Positions 58,326 to 64,000 of a stretch of DNA of 64,000 bases are shown here, in pieces. Every line of letters starts with the position of its first letter. The first letter of the stretch is position 1. The notes below the pieces were generated by a model, which worked only from the letters and a program-made list of their open reading frames with translations, made no database searches and was not told the origin of the DNA. The DNA comes from Gammaproteobacteria bacterium. Its GTDB lineage: Bacteria; Pseudomonadota; Gammaproteobacteria; Eutrophobiales; Eutrophobiaceae. Where the stretch lies: assembly GCA_028819495.1 (NCBI GenBank), contig JAPPLI010000130.1, positions 28,649-92,648 on the forward strand, read 5' to 3'. The translations under genes and the position numbers were made by a program.

Positions 58326-59579
58326 TCAGGATTCAGGCAGGAACAATGTTGCCGGGAATTCCAGGTATTGCTTCAGCGCCCGGATGGCGCAGGCAGCGTC
58401 ATGGCCGTCAACGACGCGGTGGTCGAATGAGGATGAGATGTTCATCATCAGACGGGGGGTAACCCCGTTATTTTGGAATACCGGGCGTTGTTGCGTCCTG
58501 TTTATGCCGATGATGGCGACTTCAGGGTGATTGATGATCGGAGTGGAAACAATGCCGCCCAGTGCGCCCAGACTGGTGATAGTGATGGTGGAACCGGTGA
58601 GTTCTTCCCTTCGAGCCTTGCCGGTTCTCGTTTTTTCCGCCACCTGGCGCAGTTCCCGGGCGCATTGCCACAGGTCCAGGGTTTCAACGTGCCGGATCAC
58701 TGGCACCATCAGGCCGTCACCGGTCTGCACCGCAATACCAATGTGGATCGAATCGAATTGCGTGATGACCTGGCGCTCATCGTCAAAGTGTGCATTACAC
58801 TGGGGAAATTCACTTGCTACCTTCACCAGGGCCTGCATGATGAAGGGCAGGTAGGTGAGTTCGGGCCGGCTTTCCTGCCGCTTCCCATTTAGCTGCCGGC
58901 GCAGTTGTTCCAGATCGGTGACATCGACTTCCTCGACATAACTGAAGTGCGGGATACGGCTGGCGCTCAGGCTCATCTGTTCGGCTATCTTGCGGCGCAG
59001 GCCCACCAGCTTGATTTCATGGACGCCGGTCGCATCCGCTTCGGTTTTAGCCTCCGCCTGTTTCCCGGCCTGAGCAAGGCAGGCTTCGATATCGGCGCGG
59101 GTAATGCGTCCGTTCGTCCCGGTGCCGCTTATTCGGTCGAGATTGATGCCGCGTTCCCTGGCGAGACGGCGAATAGCGGGGGAGGTCTGCGGCCTGACGG
59201 GCGCAGGCTCGCCGCTCTCCTCTACCTCGTCATGCCGGACTTGTTCCGGCATCCAGTGGGATACTGTGTCGCCCTCCGGGTGACCCGTTATTTCACTGGA
59301 TTCCCGCCTGCGCGGGAATGACGAATGGGGAGCGTCGCCACCTGTGGCAAATACTGCCAACTCGGCGCCCACCGCGATGACATCGCTGGCCTCGCCGGCG
59401 ATAGAGACCAGGGTGCCGGTGACCGGCGCGGTGATCTCTATGGTGGCCTTGTCCGTCATCACATCCACCAGGGGTTGATCAGTTTCGATGGTATCACCGA
59501 CCCCGGCGCGCCAGGCGACGATCTCGGACTCGACGGTGCCTTCGCCCAGGTCCGGCAACTTGAACGAATACTCAGCCAC
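58326..59579 (-). CDS. bkdB: Branched-chain 2-oxoacid dehydrogenase E2 (dihydrolipoyl transacylase) carrying an in-frame repeat insertion
   Basis: GTG start at 59577-59579, 2 nt after the E1-beta stop. Lipoyl domain (DVMTDKATIEI), PSBD (SPAIRRLARERGINLDRISGTG) and catalytic DHRVVDG. A 96-nt type-3 repeat lies in the inter-domain linker. Confidence 0.85.
   Translation of the reverse strand: MAEYSFKLPDLGEGTVESEIVAWRAGVGDTIETDQPLVDVMTDKATIEITAPVTGTLVSIAGEASDVIAVGAELAVFATGGDAPHSSFPRRRESSEITGHPEGDTVSHWMPEQVRHDEVEESGEPAPVRPQTSPAIRRLARERGINLDRISGTGTNGRITRADIEACLAQAGKQAEAKTEADATGVHEIKLVGLRRKIAEQMSLSASRIPHFSYVEEVDVTDLEQLRRQLNGKRQESRPELTYLPFIMQALVKVASEFPQCNAHFDDERQVITQFDSIHIGIAVQTGDGLMVPVIRHVETLDLWQCARELRQVAEKTRTGKARREELTGSTITITSLGALGGIVSTPIINHPEVAIIGINRTQQRPVFQNNGVTPRLMMNISSSFDHRVVDGHDAACAIRALKQYLEFPATLFLPES
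59228..59323. repeat. Type-3 repeat inserted in frame inside bkdB
   Basis: 96 nt = 32 codons, read as ...HSSFPRRRESSEITGHPEGDTVSHWMPEQVRHDE... between the lipoyl domain and the PSBD. Confidence 0.85.
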
Positions 59580-59581
59580 AG

Positions 59582-60667
59582 TCAGGCTTCCAGGGTCCGT
59601 TGCAGCGCGGTGGCGACCCGCGCCTGGCCCGGGAAATACGCCCATTCCTGCGCGTGCGGGTAGGGCGTGTCCCAACCCGTTACCCGTTCGATGGGGGCTT
59701 CAAGGTTCCAGAAACAATGCTCCTGGACCTGTGCAGAGAGTTCCGCTCCATAGCCGCAGAAGCGCGTGGCTTCGTGTACGATCACGCAGCGCCCGGTCCG
59801 GCACACGGATTCGCAGAGGGTATCGATATCCAGTGGCATCAGCGTGCGCACGTCGATGACCTCGGCGTCGATGCCCGTTTGACCGGTCGCCGCCAACGCT
59901 ACATGCACCATGGTGCCGTAGGCGAGTACGGTTACGTCGTTGCCGGCGCGGACCGTTTCGGCCTTGCCCAGCGGCACCCGGTAGTGGCCAGCGGGAACCT
60001 GCCCTTTTTCGTGTCCGTCCCAACTCACGGCCGGCCTGCCGGGGTTGCCGTCAAACGGACCGTTGTAGAGCCGTTTCGGTTCGAAGAAGATGACCGGGTC
60101 ATCATCCTCGATGGCGCTGATCAGCAGGCCCTTGGCATCGTAGGGATTCGACGGCATTACCGTCTTCAGTCCGCAGACGTGAGCAAACAGGGCCTCCGGT
60201 GTCTGTGAGTGGGTCTGCCCGCCGCGGATGCCGCCGCCGCAGGGGGTGCGTATCGTCACCGGCGACCAGAACTGGCCGGCGCTACGATAACGCAGGCGGG
60301 CCAGTTCGCTGGCAATCTGGTCGAAGGCCGGGTAAATATAGTCGGCAAACTGGATCTCAACCACCGGTCGCAGGCCGTTGACGCCCATGCCGATGGCCGT
60401 CGCCACGATACCGCCCTCGGCAATCGGCGTATCGAACACGCGGTCCTCGCCGTGCTTCTGCTGCAGGCCTTCGGTGCAGCGGAACACGCCGCCGAAGTAG
60501 CCGACGTCTTCGCCGAAAATGACCACGTTGGGGTCCCGTTCCAGCATCACATCCATGGCGGAGTTCAGGGCCTGGATCATGGACATTGCATGCACTTCCC
60601 CGGGCGCCGCCTCTGTCGCCGCAGGTTGCGGCGCCGGGCCGTCCTCGATATCTAATACTGCATTCAT
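59582..60667 (-). CDS. bkdA2: Branched-chain 2-oxoacid dehydrogenase E1 beta subunit
   Basis: 361 aa with a transketolase-like pyrimidine-binding fold (IFGEDVGYFGGVFRCT). ATGA overlap with the E1-alpha stop. Confidence 0.9.
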   Translation of the reverse strand: MNAVLDIEDGPAPQPAATEAAPGEVHAMSMIQALNSAMDVMLERDPNVVIFGEDVGYFGGVFRCTEGLQQKHGEDRVFDTPIAEGGIVATAIGMGVNGLRPVVEIQFADYIYPAFDQIASELARLRYRSAGQFWSPVTIRTPCGGGIRGGQTHSQTPEALFAHVCGLKTVMPSNPYDAKGLLISAIEDDDPVIFFEPKRLYNGPFDGNPGRPAVSWDGHEKGQVPAGHYRVPLGKAETVRAGNDVTVLAYGTMVHVALAATGQTGIDAEVIDVRTLMPLDIDTLCESVCRTGRCVIVHEATRFCGYGAELSAQVQEHCFWNLEAPIERVTGWDTPYPHAQEWAYFPGQARVATALQRTLEA

Positions 60668-61890
60668 TTTATTGCCTCAAGCTGCCGGCGCTGTTCCAGG
60701 AGATGCGGCGGCATCTCCTTGTAAACGTGTTCGAACATGGCCGAGTCGGGCGGGCGCGGGCCTTCATTCAACGTTCCCAGCGAGAGCGCCTCTTCCCAGG
60801 TTCTGCTCACCGTGTCCTCCAGTTCCGATTGCATCTGTTCGTGTTCCGTCTCGGACCATTCACCCCGGGCGATTAAATGTTGTTTCAGGCGCGCTATGGG
60901 ATCGCCCAGGGGCCAGTGTTCCCATTCATCGACCGGCCGGTACCTGCCGGGGTCGTCGCTGGTGGAATGGGCCGCGGCGCGGTAGGTATACAATTCGATG
61001 AGGGTGGGGCCGCCCCCGGCCCGCGCCCGGCCCGCGGCCCAGCGCGTGGCGGCGAATACAGCGAGAAAATCATTACCGTCCACGCGCAGGCCGGGAATAC
61101 CGTAACCGATGGCGCGCGCGGCAAACGGGTTCTGCTCACCCCCGGCGACGTTCTGAGAGGTGGATATGGCCCATTGGTTGTTGACCACGTTCAGTATGAC
61201 AGGCGCGCGGTACACCGCGCTGAAGGTAAGGGCATAGTGGAAATCCGCCTCCGCGCTGGTGCCTTCACCCACCCAGGCCGCTGCAATATCCCCGGTCTTC
61301 CTGTACCCGGCGGCCATGGCCCAGCCGACAGCCTGGGAAAACTGGGTGCCCAGGTTGCCGGAAATGCTGAAAAATTTATGTACATCCGAACTGTACATAA
61401 CCGGCATTTGCCGGCCCTGCAACCTGTCTCCGGCGTTGGACAGGCACTGGCACATCATGTCCAGCAGGGGATAACCGCGCGTGACCAGCAGGGCCTGCTG
61501 CCGGTACGTGGGAAACAGCATATCGCCGTCATCCAGCGCCATGCACTGGGCAACCGATACGGCTTCTTCGCCGGTGCACTTAAGGTAGAACGACATCTTT
61601 CCCTGGCGCTGCATCCTGAGCATACGGTCATCGTACAGGCGTGTCAGCAGCATGTGCCGCAGCCCGTCATGGAGCACGCCGGCGGGCAGTTCCGGGTTCC
61701 AGGGACCAGCGGCCCGGTGTTCCTCATCGAGGACCCGTATCATGCCGAAGGCCATGTCGCGTAACTCATCGGCAGGCGCCAGTTCGTCGGGACGGTCCAG
61801 CGCGCCGGGTTCGGGCAGGGCAATGGCGCTGAAATCCGGTTCTTCGCCCGGACGGTACGGCGCAGTCGGAATATGTAATCTGGCAGCCAT
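60664..61890 (-). CDS. bkdA1: Branched-chain 2-oxoacid dehydrogenase E1 alpha subunit (TPP-dependent)
   Basis: 408 aa with the TPP motif GEGTSAEADFHYALTFSAVYRAPVILNVVNNQWAIS. Confidence 0.9.
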   Translation of the reverse strand: MAARLHIPTAPYRPGEEPDFSAIALPEPGALDRPDELAPADELRDMAFGMIRVLDEEHRAAGPWNPELPAGVLHDGLRHMLLTRLYDDRMLRMQRQGKMSFYLKCTGEEAVSVAQCMALDDGDMLFPTYRQQALLVTRGYPLLDMMCQCLSNAGDRLQGRQMPVMYSSDVHKFFSISGNLGTQFSQAVGWAMAAGYRKTGDIAAAWVGEGTSAEADFHYALTFSAVYRAPVILNVVNNQWAISTSQNVAGGEQNPFAARAIGYGIPGLRVDGNDFLAVFAATRWAAGRARAGGGPTLIELYTYRAAAHSTSDDPGRYRPVDEWEHWPLGDPIARLKQHLIARGEWSETEHEQMQSELEDTVSRTWEEALSLGTLNEGPRPPDSAMFEHVYKEMPPHLLEQRRQLEAIK

Positions 61891-62013
61891 GTCGATGAAT
61901 GGAAACGGTTGGTCACATTTTAGAGCGTATCAAGGAGATAATTATTGCGTTTTTGGCTGAAAAACCAGATAATTTGCAAAAAATTACCTAATATATGCAA
62001 ATTAGAGGAAAAT

Positions 62014-62490
62014 ATGACCGTAAAGCTGGACAAGTTCGATAAGCATATACTGACCCTCCTGCAACAGGATGCCGGCCTGACCGTCAGCGAACTGGCGGCC
62101 GAAGTCGGCCTGTCCACCTCGCCCTGCTGGCGCCGCCTCAAGCGCCTGGAGGATGCCGGTGTTCTGAAGAAACGGGTGGCGATCCTGGATCACAACGAAC
62201 TGGGTCTGGACGTCATCGTGTTTGCGGAAGTCAAACTCGAAGCACACGGCCACGAAGCCCTGCCGAATTTCCAGAAAGCCGTGGAGAAACTGCCTGAAGT
62301 ACTTGAATGCTACACGGTGCTCGGAGAGATGGATTTCCTGTTAAAAGTCGTGGCAACGGATATCCATGCCTACGAGCGGTTTCTGCACCACCTGCTGTCC
62401 CTGCCGGCCGTGCGCGAAGTGCATTCCAAGATGGTAGTATCCGAAATCAAGTGCACCAACGAACTGCCCTTGGATTTGATCGATCAGTAA
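62014..62490 (+). CDS. bkdR: Lrp/AsnC family transcriptional regulator (BkdR-like)
   Basis: Start at MTVKLDKFD (ATG 62014, GAGGAA upstream). HTH HILTLLQQDAGLTVSELAAEVGLSTSPCWRRLKRLEDAGVL. Divergent from bkdA1, as in the Pseudomonas bkd locus. Confidence 0.8.
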   Translation: MTVKLDKFDKHILTLLQQDAGLTVSELAAEVGLSTSPCWRRLKRLEDAGVLKKRVAILDHNELGLDVIVFAEVKLEAHGHEALPNFQKAVEKLPEVLECYTVLGEMDFLLKVVATDIHAYERFLHHLLSLPAVREVHSKMVVSEIKCTNELPLDLIDQ

Positions 62491-62506
62491 TGGTATCGAG
62501 CCGGCC

Positions 62507-62644
62507 ATGGATCTGCTGACTGCCTTCCCGTACTGGGGAATAATCATTGTCATTGCCGTTAACGCCGTGATCGTTTCCCGTATGACGATCCACATCAGCG
62601 AACAGCCGGAGGAAGACGAAGACGGAAACGAGGGCGGGCAGTAA
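62507..62644 (+). CDS. Small (45 aa) single-TM protein translationally coupled to the symporter
   Basis: MDLLTAFPYWGIIIVIAVNAVIVSRMTIHISEQPEEDEDGNEGGQ. Not in the ORF track (too short). Its TAA overlaps the symporter ATG (TAATG). Confidence 0.4.
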   Translation: MDLLTAFPYWGIIIVIAVNAVIVSRMTIHISEQPEEDEDGNEGGQ

Positions 62645-64000
62645 TGATCGATTACCTGGTCGAGCACGCCACCGTCCTTGGCCTGATGATCGTGTACCTG
62701 GTTTTTTGCCTGGGTGTGGGTTGGTATTTCAGGAACAGGGCGGCAGCCGGGGTCAAGGCCTTTTACGTCGCCAAACGCGAAATTCCCGGTTGGGTCGTCT
62801 CGCTCGCATTTTTCTCTACCTTTGCCAGCACCAATACCTACATCGGCCAGGCAGGCAAATCCTTCCAGTACGGGTTGTCCTGGGCCTGGGTCGGACTCAT
62901 CTGGTCGATCTTCTGCGTCATTTCCTGGCTGGTGCTGGGTCCCCGGATGCGCAACCAGTCGGCGCTGCTGGGGTCCTATACCATCCCCGATTATTTTCAC
63001 CTGCGCTATAAATCTTCCCTGTCAAAGTCGATCCGGGTTTTGTCCGCCGTGATCATCCTGTTTGCCACACTCTGGTACATGGTGGGTATTACCAAGGGAC
63101 TGGGTCATGTATTGACCGCAGTACTCGACGTACCTTATGCCTGGGGCACGGCGCTGATGATCATAATAACCGGCGCTTACACCATCTGGGGCGGCATGTA
63201 CGGCGTGTTATGGACCGATGCCGTCCAGGGGATCATGATGTTCGCCGTGGCCGTCATTCTCGTCATGTTGCCGTTTATCCATGCCGGCGGTGCGGCTGAA
63301 CTCATGAGCCGGATAGAATGGACGGCACATCCAGACCGTTTCGGACAACCCATGGGCAACGGACTGGTTACTTTCGGGCAACTGGTGTCGTTCTTTTATA
63401 TCCTTGGTATCGGCCTCGCCGTCGGTATGAAGCAGATTGCAGAACCCCGTTGCCTGATCCGGTTTTATTCCATCGACAACGCCCGCAGCATGAAGTTTGC
63501 AATGATATGGACGCCTGTTTTCCTCGGTATCTCCCTGATTTGCGTGATGGGACTGGGCGCGCTGGTCCACGGCATGGCGACGGAACAGGAAGCTGCCTAC
63601 CTGGTACGGCACACGGACGAGGTCGTGGGTTTCATGCTGGCAAAGTTTGATGACCCGTGGATAAGCGGTATTTGCGTAGCTGGATTGTTCGCAGCCGGCA
63701 TGTCATCGCTGGCAGCAGTCCTGCTTATCGTCGGCACCGCCTTCATCCAGGATATCTGGCACGTCTCAAGACCGATGGAAAAGGGTAGACTGGTGCCGCG
63801 CACCAGGTGGACGATTTTCGGCTACAGTGTATTGCTGTATGTATTCACGCTCTATCCGCCCGCCGGTATCGTCGAACTTACAGCTTTTTCAGGGGCCGTA
63901 TTTGCAGCCAGTTTCTTCCCGGCCATCTTCGGCGGTCTTTACCTGCGTTGGGGAACCGATACGGGTGCACTGGCATCCATGCTGGCCGGAATACTGACCT
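62644..64000 (+). CDS. Sodium:solute symporter family transporter (partial, runs off the window end)
   Basis: Not in the ORF track because it is open-ended. My translation is open from ATG 62644 to 64000: MIDYLVEHATVLGLMIVYLVF...YTIWGGMYGVLWTDAVQGIMMF..., typical SSF motifs. Confidence 0.8.
   Translation, partial: MIDYLVEHATVLGLMIVYLVFCLGVGWYFRNRAAAGVKAFYVAKREIPGWVVSLAFFSTFASTNTYIGQAGKSFQYGLSWAWVGLIWSIFCVISWLVLGPRMRNQSALLGSYTIPDYFHLRYKSSLSKSIRVLSAVIILFATLWYMVGITKGLGHVLTAVLDVPYAWGTALMIIITGAYTIWGGMYGVLWTDAVQGIMMFAVAVILVMLPFIHAGGAAELMSRIEWTAHPDRFGQPMGNGLVTFGQLVSFFYILGIGLAVGMKQIAEPRCLIRFYSIDNARSMKFAMIWTPVFLGISLICVMGLGALVHGMATEQEAAYLVRHTDEVVGFMLAKFDDPWISGICVAGLFAAGMSSLAAVLLIVGTAFIQDIWHVSRPMEKGRLVPRTRWTIFGYSVLLYVFTLYPPAGIVELTAFSGAVFAASFFPAIFGGLYLRWGTDTGALASMLAGILT

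Overview
This is a 64 kb, mostly GC-rich proteobacterial chromosome segment; I cannot prove the taxon without database searches. The conserved metabolic and housekeeping blocks are: purine/ureide catabolism (Gpt-like PRT, alc, puuE, MFS, uraD); DPP-IV peptidase-yicC; an rph relic-rdgB-hemW; an RND efflux pair plus a second, broken RND permease; nitroreductase and acyl-CoA dehydrogenase; an eroded ACP-hydrolase-type I PKS-NCS2 permease operon; peroxiredoxin; npdG-cofC-cyclase-indolepyruvate:ferredoxin oxidoreductase; DUF2784-gloB; bkdR<>bkdA1A2B; and a sodium:solute symporter. Three visibly AT-richer accessory insertions interrupt them. (1) About 4.7-15.3 kb holds DUF488, then a five-cistron, translationally coupled operon hsdR-hsdS-hsdM-SIR2/APAZ-short pAgo, then a HigBA-like TA pair. 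(2) About 19.7-23.5 kb holds a PHP-ABC/SMC-like ATPase plus an AlbA_2 (Schlafen-like) protein, wedged between yicC and a truncated rph. (3) 46.7-50.6 kb is an integrase-less islet bounded by a 44-bp direct repeat of the tRNA-Gln 3' end; it carries a type II R-M pair and two PIN-toxin TA modules. Three families of short palindromic repeats pervade the window. Several donate stop codons or C-terminal residues to genes, and one sits in frame inside the E2 linker of the bkd complex. Pseudogene density is high: three in-frame TAGs, one in-frame TGA, one frameshift and two gene relics. The best candidates for something undescribed are the hard-wired type I R-M + Sir2/Ago operon and the PHP-ATPase/AlbA_2 pair. 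All family calls come from motifs read by eye; no BLAST or HMM search was possible.
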